Shown: one piece after another, positions 17,161 through 27,900 of the stretch
Layout: every line of letters begins with the position of its first letter
How positions within the stretch are numbered: position 1 is the first letter of the stretch
Source: a virus
Taxonomy: Duplodnaviria; Caudoviricetes
IMG/VR virus record: IMGVR_UViG_3300005689_000302
Coordinates: 1 to 64,000 of that record
Reading direction: 5' to 3' (one strand)
Length of the DNA stretch: 64,000 nucleotides
The notes under the pieces: model-generated
The model's input: the letters and a program-made list of their open reading frames with translations, nothing else
What the model was told of the DNA's origin: nothing
Database searches by the model: none
Translations under genes and position numbers: made by a program

Positions 17161-17850
17161 ATGGCGAAGAAGAAGCCGGCGAAGAAGAAGCCGGCGAAGA
17201 AGCAAAACAAACGGGCTGCGCCGAGCAAGGCCGCCAAACCGGCGCCGCGGAAGGCGGCCGCGCCCGCGAAGTCGGCGGCTCCGGCGCCGCCTGTGACGGC
17301 GGCGATGCTTTCCGGCCCGCCCGAGGCGTTCCACGAGATTCGCGAAATCAATCGGCGGTTGTTCCTGAAAGCCTACGCCGACCGCGGGACGATCAAACGG
17401 GCGGCGATGATCGCCGGCGTCGATCGTACGCTGCATTATCACTGGCTGCGCGACGACGGCTACAAAGCGGCTTTCGGCGAAGCGCAGCGGATGTATCGCG
17501 AGAAGCTCGAAGAAGAAGCCGATCGCCGGGCGGTCGATGGCGTCCAGCGATTGAAGTTTTTCAAGGGGGAGCTGATCCTCGTCCCGTGCGAGCCGGGCGA
17601 CCCGCTCGGCCGCTGCCTCGGCAAGACGGCGACTGGCGATGAAGTGTGGGCCAAGCCGTACATCGAGCACGAATATAGCGACAACCTGCTGATGTTCCGC
17701 CTGAAGCGCCTCGATCCGCGCTACAAAGACCGGATCGACGTCAAAACCAAACACAAAACAACGATCAAGCTCGAGCCGGCGCAAGCGCCGGGCGGCTTGC
17801 TGGAAGCGTTCCGGAAGCGATTACTCGACAATAAGCCGTGCCGCAAGTAA
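17161..17850 (+). CDS. terS: Terminase small subunit
   Basis: FLKAYADRGTIKRAAMIAGVDRTLHYHW HTH, LEEEADRRAVDG, EYSDNLLMFRLK; directly upstream of TerL; K/A/P-rich N-terminal tail. Confidence 0.85.
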   Translation: MAKKKPAKKKPAKKQNKRAAPSKAAKPAPRKAAAPAKSAAPAPPVTAAMLSGPPEAFHEIREINRRLFLKAYADRGTIKRAAMIAGVDRTLHYHWLRDDGYKAAFGEAQRMYREKLEEEADRRAVDGVQRLKFFKGELILVPCEPGDPLGRCLGKTATGDEVWAKPYIEHEYSDNLLMFRLKRLDPRYKDRIDVKTKHKTTIKLEPAQAPGGLLEAFRKRLLDNKPCRK

Positions 17851-20459
17851 AGGGAAAGTCGGCCGATCGGATCTTCCACGAGTGGATCAGCTCGGCGGCC
17901 GACGCCCAACCCGACTGGCGCCAGCATCAACGGCTACGCGAGACGCTCACGCCGGCGATGCTCGAGCGGTTCGACGCCGCCGGCGATCCGACGATCGCCC
18001 GTTTCGTGCATCTGCTGTTCACGCATCCGTACTACGCCTTCGAGCCGCGGGCGGACAATCTCGCCGACGGCGACGAGCAAGAATCGTTTGTCAACTCGCG
18101 ATCGCTGATTACGGTCGGGATCGGCGGCAACGGTTCGGGGAAAACGTATTGCGGCGCGCAGCGCTGCGTGAAGTTCCTCGCCGAACAACAAGCGCCGGTC
18201 CGCGATACGCCGTTTTGGATCATTGCCAACACCTTCGAACAGGCTTGCAACTCGACCTGGTTCCAGAAGCTGCGCACGATCCTGCCCGAGTGGTGGATCG
18301 ATTGGGAGCGCGTCGTGTGGCGCAACTCGAAGCGCGGCTGGCCGAAGTCGGTACCGCTGATTCCCGACGAACAGGGGCGCAACTGGCTGCTCGAGTGGAA
18401 AAGCTACGAAGAAGGCCGCGAAGCGATGCAAGCGACCGCCATCGGCGGCGCCTGGTTTACGGAAAACTTCCCCTGGGAAGTCTTTCAAGAAGTGCTGCGC
18501 GGCTGCCGCGAATGGATGCTGCCCGGCGCCGTGACGATGGAGTTAACCCCGCTCGATCCCGAGAAGTCGGCGCCGCTGCAAGACGCTTATGAATCGTGGT
18601 CGGCCGGCGATGAAAAGTTCAAGAATTGGTCGTTTCACTTCCTGAGCACGGTCGCCGCCCGCGACGCTGGCCACGTCAACGCCGACTGGTATCAAGCCTG
18701 GGTGGCGTCGATCAGCGACGAAATGCTCGCCACGCGCACCCGCGGGGCGTTCGCCAACTACGAAGGCTGCATCTATCAATCGTTCAACCCGAAGATCCAC
18801 CTGCTCGACGACATCACCCCGCCGGTCGATGAGTTCGGCCGGCCGACGGTCTATCACCGCCGGGCGATCGACTGGGGCGCCAGCGAAGAGCATCCGTTTG
18901 TCGTGCTGTGGGGCTACAAGGACGCGATCGGCTGCTGGTGGATTTACGACGAATATTGGAGCACCGCGCAAAACCTCACTTGGTCCGAGCACGTCGAACG
19001 GATCGCCAAGCGACACGAGCTCCACGACTGGGCGCGATGGGATGACGACGATCCCCATTACGGATCGACCTACGCCGACCCGAGCCGGCCCGATTTGATG
19101 CGCGAGTTTGCGATGCGCGGCTTGCCGATCACGGCCGCCCGCAACGCTGTTTATGAAGGGATCGAAGCGGTTCGCGCCTGCCTGAAGATCCACCCGCAAA
19201 CCGAAGAGCCGGGGCTGTTCATCGATCGCCACCGCTGCCCGAAGCTCGCCCGGCAAATGAGCACCTACCGCTGGGAGCGCTCGACCGGCGCCGGCGCCAA
19301 CCCGAAAGCGGCCCGCCCGGTGCCGCTCAAGAGAGACGATGACTGCTGCTTTCCTGCGGGTACGCTCGTCGCGACTCCCGAGGGGGCGACGGAAATTGAA
19401 AGCCTGCGCGCAGGCGACGCGGTGCTAACGCATCTGGGCGAAAGCCGAGTCGCTGTTGCCGAAGAAACAGGAGAAGAAGAGCTTTATCGGATTACTTTGA
19501 TCGACGGCCGTGTTATAGAATGTACCGCAACGCATCCGTTCGCAACATCAGACGGAGGCTTCGTTGCCGCCTGCGAACTGACGCCGGGGACATTCATTGA
19601 CAGCCTTCCATCATGCAAGTCCGCGAAGAGATCAACCGAAACGGAAAGCCTCGCGAAGTCATCGAATACGCCGGGCACGTCTGGTATCGATACCCGACTT
19701 GCCGTTCATCACCGGCAAGAACGTATTTCCGGCGATGCGAACGACGGGGCGGTCAGTCGGCGAAGATCCGCACGTTCTGGCTTCACAAGCAAGTCTGGAT
19801 CGACAACTTCGGAAAGATTCCCCGGGGCAGGGTTGTCCACCACAAAGATGAGAACCCAGCCAATAACAGAATCGACAACCTCGAGTTGCTCACTCCATCC
19901 GAGCATTCGAAGCGCCATCGAGCAAACATCGAAAAGGCGATTGACGCCGCTCGTCAGTGGCATGGAAGCAAGGTCGGAAAAGAATGGCACAAGCAGCATG
20001 GACTGCAAACCTGGAACGGTCGCACTTCGAAACTCAAGACCTGCGAATACTGCCGAAAGAGATTCGGGACGAAGGACCGCAAGCGCGCAACGCGATTTTG
20101 CAGCGATCAATGCCGAGCCTATTCGCGACGCCATCGCGGCGACGACAACGAAACCAGAACATGCGAATGGTGCGGGTCTGAGTTCGTCGTCAACCGTTTC
20201 GCAAAGACGACATGCTGCTCGAAAAAATGTGGTTGCCGTGCAAGTTGGGCGCGTGGAGCGCGCAAACCGAAGGGCAAGAGTCTTCAATCTGGCGACTGAC
20301 GACGGAACCTACTTCGCCAACGGCGTTCTCGTTTCCAACTGCGACGCCCTCCGCTACATGATTTACTCCGACGTCGGCAACCGCGCTCAAGGGATCCTCG
20401 CCCGCCGCGAGACGCCCCAAGCGCGGCCCGGCGTCCGCTTCAAACGCGTTTCTCGATAG
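17838..20459 (+). CDS. terL: Terminase large subunit (intein-containing)
   Basis: Walker A GGNGSGKT; nuclease motifs AIDWG, YADPS and DDC/CDALRY; spliced product reads KRDDDCCDALRY. Confidence 0.95.
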   Translation: MPQVKGKSADRIFHEWISSAADAQPDWRQHQRLRETLTPAMLERFDAAGDPTIARFVHLLFTHPYYAFEPRADNLADGDEQESFVNSRSLITVGIGGNGSGKTYCGAQRCVKFLAEQQAPVRDTPFWIIANTFEQACNSTWFQKLRTILPEWWIDWERVVWRNSKRGWPKSVPLIPDEQGRNWLLEWKSYEEGREAMQATAIGGAWFTENFPWEVFQEVLRGCREWMLPGAVTMELTPLDPEKSAPLQDAYESWSAGDEKFKNWSFHFLSTVAARDAGHVNADWYQAWVASISDEMLATRTRGAFANYEGCIYQSFNPKIHLLDDITPPVDEFGRPTVYHRRAIDWGASEEHPFVVLWGYKDAIGCWWIYDEYWSTAQNLTWSEHVERIAKRHELHDWARWDDDDPHYGSTYADPSRPDLMREFAMRGLPITAARNAVYEGIEAVRACLKIHPQTEEPGLFIDRHRCPKLARQMSTYRWERSTGAGANPKAARPVPLKRDDDCCFPAGTLVATPEGATEIESLRAGDAVLTHLGESRVAVAEETGEEELYRITLIDGRVIECTATHPFATSDGGFVAACELTPGTFIDSLPSCKSAKRSTETESLAKSSNTPGTSGIDTRLAVHHRQERISGDANDGAVSRRRSARSGFTSKSGSTTSERFPGAGLSTTKMRTQPITESTTSSCSLHPSIRSAIEQTSKRRLTPLVSGMEARSEKNGTSSMDCKPGTVALRNSRPANTAERDSGRRTASAQRDFAAINAEPIRDAIAATTTKPEHANGAGLSSSSTVSQRRHAARKNVVAVQVGRVERANRRARVFNLATDDGTYFANGVLVSNCDALRYMIYSDVGNRAQGILARRETPQARPGVRFKRVSR
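19347..20339 (+). mobile_element. Intein, 331 aa (C1...S-N; +1 Cys)
   Basis: Block A CFPAGTLVATPEG, block B ECTATHPF, blocks F/G VFNLATDDGTYFANGVLVSN|C; penultimate Ser instead of His. Confidence 0.93.
19613..20299 (+). CDS. HNH homing endonuclease nested out-of-frame inside the intein
   Basis: LHKQVWIDNFGKIPRGRVVHHKDENPANNRIDNLELLTPSEHSKRH plus two C-terminal CxxC...CSxxC zinc ribbons; frame differs from TerL. Confidence 0.92.
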   Translation: MQVREEINRNGKPREVIEYAGHVWYRYPTCRSSPARTYFRRCERRGGQSAKIRTFWLHKQVWIDNFGKIPRGRVVHHKDENPANNRIDNLELLTPSEHSKRHRANIEKAIDAARQWHGSKVGKEWHKQHGLQTWNGRTSKLKTCEYCRKRFGTKDRKRATRFCSDQCRAYSRRHRGDDNETRTCEWCGSEFVVNRFAKTTCCSKKCGCRASWARGARKPKGKSLQSGD

Positions 20460-20466
20460 GTTCGCC

Positions 20467-21489
20467 ATGCCTCGCCAACGCCCGCCGCGACAAGGCGCCC
20501 CGCCGCTGCGCTCGGAAGTCGAACAGCTCGTCGGCGACGTGCAACGCTATTTCCGCGGCGGTTCGACGGTGCGCAGCGCATTCGGTCAGCTCGCCTCGCT
20601 GGTCGCCGAGCTGCTCGGCTTCAGCCGCGGCCAGCGCGGGGCCCCGTCGCGCACCGACATTCAAGACGCGATCGACGTCATGGCCGAAGCGGGCCTCGAT
20701 CCGCGCAACGTGCAAGCCGCGGCGGCGACTGTGGGCGGCGCTGGTCGCGCCGGCCAGCCGTCGGCGCCGCGCAGCGGTCCCCAGCCGCTTACCGCCACGC
20801 AAACCTTACCGCGGCCAGCGCGCGGTTTTCGCGTCGGCGGCACGCCTCCCGGCTCGCCTTCGCTCGATCCGCGCAACCGGCTGCCGCCTGAATTGCGGCT
20901 GCCGCCAGGCGGCGATCGGATCACCGTCCCGGGCGATGCCGACTGGCCGGAAGAGCACCTGATCGACACCCGCGTTATCTCGGCGGCGCTGGTCGATCGA
21001 CTCACTGGCCAACAATCGCTCGAGTGGATCGAGACGCCGCAAAGCTCGAACGTCTACAGCTTCGCCTACGATCACTCGCAATCGATTCTGTACGTCACTT
21101 TCAAGGCGCCGAGCAATCAGCGCCGCCGGCCGCACGTCACCGGGGCAACCTACGCCTACGGTTCGAAGGCGCGGCCGATTCCCGCCCGGATGTACGAATC
21201 GCTCCTGCGGGCCAGCTCCAAGGGTGAATGGGTGTGGGACAAGCTCCGCGTCCGCGGCTCGCGCTGGCGCCACCAAGTGCCGTACATTCTCACCGCCGGC
21301 GGCTTCGACGGCCGGGCCGGCTTCGATGGCGATCCGATGGCGCACTACATTCCGCGGAAGGCTACCGCTCGCGGCTTTCGAGTGCGCACCGTGCCCGTTC
21401 TCGGCTCGGCGCGGCGCCGCGGCGCGATTGGCCGCTCGACGCTGCCTGAGCAAATCGGCCCTGCCTACCGGCAATCGCTCTTGCCGTAG
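20467..21489 (+). CDS. KTSC-domain-containing protein
   Basis: PQSSNVYSFAYDHSQSILYVTFK ... TYAY ... MYESLLRASSKGEWVWDKLR. Confidence 0.75.
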   Translation: MPRQRPPRQGAPPLRSEVEQLVGDVQRYFRGGSTVRSAFGQLASLVAELLGFSRGQRGAPSRTDIQDAIDVMAEAGLDPRNVQAAAATVGGAGRAGQPSAPRSGPQPLTATQTLPRPARGFRVGGTPPGSPSLDPRNRLPPELRLPPGGDRITVPGDADWPEEHLIDTRVISAALVDRLTGQQSLEWIETPQSSNVYSFAYDHSQSILYVTFKAPSNQRRRPHVTGATYAYGSKARPIPARMYESLLRASSKGEWVWDKLRVRGSRWRHQVPYILTAGGFDGRAGFDGDPMAHYIPRKATARGFRVRTVPVLGSARRRGAIGRSTLPEQIGPAYRQSLLP

Positions 21490-21546
21490 CGGCCGGCTTT
21501 TCCTTCCTCTTCACCCTCCCCTCTTCACCCTCCGCTCTCCCCCACC

Positions 21547-21912
21547 ATGCGCACCGAAATCTATACCCGTCCCGCGCTCGGCGACGCCGAGAATAAATGC
21601 GTCTTCCGCGGCATTCTGCCGTTCCGGATCGCCGCCGGCGACAAGCTCAAGCTCCGCGCCGAGCACGTCGTCGAAATCGTCCGCGAAGTCGTTTATGACG
21701 TTTCCGAGGGATCGCTGCAGCGCGTGCTACTCACCACGCGAGACGAAGAACGCGCCTATCCGCCGGCGCCGAGCTGGGAAGAGTGGCTCGCCGAACAGCG
21801 CGCCAAGCTCGCCGTCTCGATGGGCTTGCCGACCGCCGCTGAAACAGCCACCGCAACAGCCGCCGAAGCGGAAGCGGCGCCGCCTGAAGTTTCGCCGGCC
21901 AGCGAAGCGTAA
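21547..21912 (+). CDS. Hypothetical protein
   Basis: ATG after a pyrimidine-rich leader; between the KTSC gene and portal. Confidence 0.75.
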   Translation: MRTEIYTRPALGDAENKCVFRGILPFRIAAGDKLKLRAEHVVEIVREVVYDVSEGSLQRVLLTTRDEERAYPPAPSWEEWLAEQRAKLAVSMGLPTAAETATATAAEAEAAPPEVSPASEA

Positions 21913-21963
21913 TCGCCTGCTGGCTTTCTCTCGACTCTTCCCTCTTCACTCTCGACTCGTCTC

Positions 21964-24900
21964 GTGCTTGCACCTAAAGGCGGCCTCCGCATCAACGGCA
22001 CTACCTACCGCGAAGGCGATCGCGTTACGAAGCGCGACGCCCGCGCGCTGCGCGATGCGCGCCGCCACGCCAAGCTAGGCCAATCGACGCAGCGAGCCGT
22101 CGATCCGGCGGCGCTGATTAAGGACGTCCCGCCAAACTTTGGGCGGGCGATCCTGCCTCACGTTATGACCTTCAGCGGCATGATGAGCACGCTCTCGAAG
22201 GTCTATCGCAACAGCGACGAAGCGCTGCGCCATTCCGTCGAAAACGCCCACATGATGGTTCAAGACCCGATGGTCATGGGCCCGATCTTGGCGCGGCAAA
22301 AGATGGTGGCGCTCTACAACTGGCATTTGCAACCGGAAGACGAAGACGACAAAACGCAGCAAGCGCTCTGCCGCGATCTGACGACGATCCTCAACCGCAT
22401 TCCGCGGTTTGTCGAATACCGGCGCATTCTGCTGCAAGCGGTCTTCTATGGTCGCTATGCGGTTCAGCATCAGTACAGCTTCCACACGGACAGCAAGCGC
22501 AACCGCCGAACGATCGTCTCGCACTATACGCCGATCAGCGGCGATAAGCTCGCTTTCCGCTACGACGACGGGCGCGGGGAGTATGACTACAACCAAGTCG
22601 GCGTGAAGGTGACGCCGGCGCTCAATCACCGCGACGTCATCGCCGGCGATCGGGAGCTGGAAGTGACCGGCGACGGGATGGCGTATTTCCTGCAGCCGTG
22701 GGAGCGCTCGCGGTTCGCCGTCCACAAGCATTTGCTGTGGGATGGCGATTATGAGGATCCGCTCTCGGCCGGCAAGATTCACGGCGTCGGCCTGCGCTCC
22801 TTCATCTATTGGGTCTGGTACCAGAAGCAAGAAGTGCTCGCCCAATTGATGGAGATTGTCGAGCGAACGGGAATGGGCTTCTACGTCTATTACTACCCGA
22901 TGGGCAACGCCGCCGCGAAGGCGGAAGTCGAGAAGATCGCCCAAGAGCAAGCGCATACCAACCGGATTATCGTCCCGCATGACCTGGGCGACCCCGACGC
23001 CTACCGGATCGAACAGATTCCGCCGAACACGGCGGGGATCGAGATTCTGCAAGCGATCGTCACGAATCACTTTCAGAATCAAATCACCAAGTTCGTTCTC
23101 GGGCAAACGCTCTCCACCGACGCGGCGGCAACGGGCCTGGGAAGCGGCGTCGCCGACCTGCACGAAAAATCGCTGCTCAACCTGGCGCGATACGACGCGA
23201 TCAACCTTGAGGAAACGATCACCCGCGAGCTGGTTTGGCCGCTACGGGATTTCAACTTTCCGAAGTATCGCTCGATCGACATCCTCTTCAAAATCGACAC
23301 GGAGTCGAGCACGCCGAAAGAAGACCTCGACGCGGCGAAGGCGCTGTGGGATATGGGCGCCGAGCTGAAGAGCGCCGACTTGTTCGACAAGCTCGGCCTC
23401 TCGATGCCCGGGCCGAACGATCTGAAGCTCTCTAATCCGCAATTGCAGCAGCAAGCCGCCGGCATGATGCCGGGGATGCCTGGAATGCCGCCGGGAATGC
23501 CGCCCGGGCTGCCTGGCGCCGATCCGATGGCTGGCATGATGGGCGGGCCGGAAGAAGGCGGGCCAGAGGATCAGCCGCCGGGCGACGATCCGAGCGAACC
23601 GCCTGGCGGGCCGCCGGCGATGCCGGGCGACGCGGCGCCGCAAGGGCCGGATCTGAAACGCATCTTCGGGCCGATTCTGCACGCCAAGCACAAGCCGGCC
23701 GAGGGCCAGCGCTCGTTGTGGGATGAAGAGAAGCATCCGCGCGACGAAGCCGGGAAGTTTGCGCCGAAGGCTGGCGATAAGTTCACGCTGCCGCCCGTTG
23801 GCGATCGGAAGCCGATGCCGATGAAGGTTTATGGCGTCGATGATGCGCACGCCTACGCCCAACTCGACACGCCCGAACATAACAAGTGGGCTGAGAAGTA
23901 TCCGGCGCCGGGAACCGGTTACGCGAAAGTTCCGCTGCAAAGCTGGAAGCATTTTGTCAACGATCTGAGCGGAAAGCTGCAATTCGACACGCCGAGCGGT
24001 AATCACGCTGTCGATGCGGTCGCCGCCGGCAAGGGCAAGTGGCTGGGCAAGGGCGACGACGGCGTCGCCTGGCGGGTCGGCGATTGGGTTGTCAAAGCGT
24101 CGACCACCGTTCCTTTTATTCCCGAAAACCCTGGCCACCGAACGCCCGATGAAGCGGCGGCCATGATGGAGAAGGCGAGCACGGCGCACGAGAAGCTACG
24201 GCGGGCCGGAGTGAAGGGCCTAGTTCCCATCTATCACTTCCGGCACGAAGACAAGCACCTGCAGGTAATGCCGTTTCTGGATACTGAAACGCCCCTGACG
24301 GGTGAACAGCTTTGGCAAATCGAGAAAACGCTCGAGCAAATCCACGCTGCCGGCTATACGCTGAACGATCAGATTCAAGCCGGCGTGATGGACGATGGCA
24401 ACGCCTATATTTATGACACCGGCAAGATTCGCCCCGGCGCCGACAACTGGAAGAAGGAAAGCGACCGCGACGAACTACGCGCCCTAAAGAGTCGTCACGG
24501 CCACCCGGAACCGATCGACGTATGGGATGGAAACAACGACGATCTGGACGCCGAGGACGCCGCCGAAGCGGCCGCGGCCCGCGAAGACGACAAGCGCCGC
24601 TATGGCATGGCGATGCGTTACGCCAAGCAAGCGAGCCTGTGGGACGAAGAGAAGCATCCCCGCGAAGACGACGGCAAGTTCGCCTTTACCTCGGGTCCGG
24701 GCGGCGGATCATCGCCCGCCAAGAGCAAGCCGGCCAGTCTCTTCGGTGATGATGACGCCGGCGACGATGAACCGTTCACCCTCGGCGCCGCGCCGAAGAA
24801 GGCAAAGCAAGGCGGGCGCTTCGAAGGCAAAGGAAAAGAAAAGCAGCCGCCACTCTTCTCGGGGCTGAACGCGCTGCCTGGTCAGAAAGATCTATTCGAC

Positions 24901-27900
24901 GATCTGGACAAACCGGCGCCGCCGGATCCTTTGAAAGCCCCGCGCGAAGCCGCGCCGCCGCCGAAGCTCGTCAGCGAGCCGCCGCCGGCGCCTGCGCCCA
25001 CCGCGACCGAATCGCTCGCTCCGATCAGCTCGAAGAATTACGCGCCGCATGTGTACGCCGGCCTCAACAAGCTGTGGGACGCCGGCGGGACGGCCTACGT
25101 CAACACGCATCTGAAAACGACGCGGATCGCGCCGAAGGATCGAGACGCGATCAAGCTCACGAGCAAGGGCGGTCTATACCTGCGCCGCGGCAAACATTGG
25201 GATGCGATCACCGGCGACGTACTCGATCGCCTGGGAAGCCAAGTCGGCCTACCGTCGAGCTACGATCTGCACAAGCAAGAATGGGACGCCGAGCACAAGA
25301 ACGCCCGCTACGGCGGCAAGCATCCGGGCGAACTACACGACGCCGAATTTCTCGATCACGCCGAAACGGAGAAGCGCCATCGGGCCAACTATTTCGACGC
25401 CGCCGGCAATAAGTTCGCGAGCAGTCGCGAGACGCCGGCCGAATATGTCGACCTCCCCATCGGTTCCTGGCGGAAGGATCGCAGCTTTAGCGGCCTCTAC
25501 GGAAACAGCATCGATCAGCTCGTCGAGCTCGATCCGAACCATTTGGAGTTGCCCGAGGGGGACTACGCCGCCAATCCGAATTTCAACCCGGAAGGGCGAC
25601 GATGGGATGCGGAGCGATACGCCGATTGGATCCGCGAGGGGAAAACCCCGCCGCCGATCAGCGTGCTCGAAATGCCCAATGGATCGCTGAAGGTTAGCGA
25701 TGGCCACCGCCGCGCCGCCGCCGCCAAGATGACCGGCCAGCCGATTCGCGCCTGGGTCAATTGGGCGGCCGATACCGGCAAGAAGGATTACGAAGGCAAG
25801 CCGATCCTGTCGGGGATGACCGATCAGCTCGCCGCGCGCGAGCACGCCGGCGAAGTCGAACCGCATAGCGGCCTGGGCTGGGGGCATGAGGGCGTTGTGA
25901 AGCGGGCGGGGCCTGAGCGACACGCCAAGCCTCGCCCCCTCGACGACTTTGCCCTGCGCAACTTCGCCGAGCGGATCCGCCGCGGCGATCAGCACGGCGC
26001 CCGCGATCTGCTCGTCCGGGCCGGCTTCGATCCGCTGACGCTCGACGCCTATTGGGGAATGATCGTTAAGTCAGTGGTGGGCGGAACTGCGCCGATCAAG
26101 CACGCCCGCGATCTTCGCGCCGCCATCACCGCCGCGGCTGACGCCACGAATACAGATCCGAGCGACGCCCAGCGCGAAGCCGGCAACTATCCCAAGGGCA
26201 AACTGTGGCTGCACGGCCTCGAGCTGACGATCGAGAACCCGAAAGGCTCGAAGCGCCGGCCGGAGTGGAAGCCGCTGGCGGCCCACTACGGCTACATTCG
26301 CCGCCACGAAGGCGCCGACGGCGATCAAGTCGATTGCTACCTCGGGCCCCATCCGGAAAGCCAGCTCGTCTTCGTCATCGATCAGCCGAAGGCCTCGGGG
26401 CGCTTTGACGAGCATAAGGTGATGTTCGGCTGGACGAACCTCCGCGACGCGCGAAAAGCGTACGCCGACTGCTATCAAGCCGGCTGGAAAGTCGGCCCGA
26501 TCACCGCCCTGACGATCGAGCAATTCAAAGACTGGCTCGAGTTCGGCGACTTGTCGAAGCCGATCGGCCGCTACAAGCCGGCGAAATACGCCCGCTCGAT
26601 GGCGTCGGTGCTGCGCTACGCCGAGCGATCGGAAGAACGCGGGCAAGGCCGCGGCCAGCCTGGCAATCGCGGGCAGTTCGGCTACGCGCCCAAGCGGAAG
26701 AAAACGATCGGGCAAGGCCAGCAAGAGTTCCATTGGGTGACGATCGACGGAACGCACGTTGCGATCAACGATGCGACCGGGGCGATCGAAAAGGGTCCGA
26801 AGGCGCTCGTGGGTAAGACGCTCGGCGGGCCGAAGAAACAGAAGGGGCTGTTTGACGACGACGATAAGCCGGCGAAAAAGGCGGAAGAGAAGCCCGAAGA
26901 GAAACGGGTCGAAGCGCCGCCCGAAAAGAAACCGCCCGAGGTGCCGGCGACGATCGAAGAGCTTGACGACGACGTTGTCGACGACGATGACATCGAAGCG
27001 GGGGACGATAGCGTTACCGATCGCCTCAAGTCCAGCGTAAACGCCTTTCTCGACGACAAGCCCGATGGCTCGTGGCGGGATTGGATGGATGAGCGCGGCA
27101 CGAAACATTTGCTCGACGAATTAGACGGCGGCGATGATAAGCTTCGCGGGCGATTGGAGTATGAAGCGTTTGAGCTGTTCGCTTGGAGGGAGCCGAAGGA
27201 GAAGGATCAGCCGGCGGGCGAAACGGCCGACGATGTACTCGAGCCTTTCGCAGAATCTCCGGAGCCAGCCGCCGACGCGTCGCCTGAGCCGGCTCTGCCC
27301 GCCGAGCAATCTGCCACACCCTCTGCCGCTCCCGCGCCAAAGCCTGCCGCGACGGCCAAGTCAAAGGGCGCCCGCGCCGCCGCCCGCGCGAAGTTGATGG
27401 AAGACTTCGGCGAAAAGATCGGCGGCGCTCGAAAGGAAACGGCGCGGCCTTCCAATCGTCCGAAAGTCGAGAAGCCCGCCGACGAACGGCCCGCCTGGGC
27501 GCGGCGCTACAACATTTCCCAAATCACCAAAAGCACGAAGCCCGGCGAAGAGGGGAAGTGGGCGATCTACGACACGAAACAAAAGACCTGGTCGGGCCAG
27601 CCGAAGCAAGTCGGCGGCGGCATGTTGTTTGATTCCAAGGAGGATGCCGAGAAGAGCTTGCCGCTGTACGAAGTATCGCGCAGCCACCGCGTCTACGCCT
27701 ACACGCCGAAGGGCGCGACCGAAAAGCAGTTCGGCATTTTCCGCAAACTGGGCGACCGAAAGACGCCGCTCGTCAAAGGCGGTTTTGCCTCCGAACAGGA
27801 GGCGATGCAACATATGGCGGCGAATCCACACGATGTTATCGGTCACAAGTTTCCGCGATACGAAAGCTACCAGTACCTCGATCGCGTCGAACGCAAGGGC

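Noticed and set aside
19597-19602. Perfect TTGACA as the HNH promoter
   Set aside because: Only 10 nt upstream of the HNH ATG, with no matching -10 before the start
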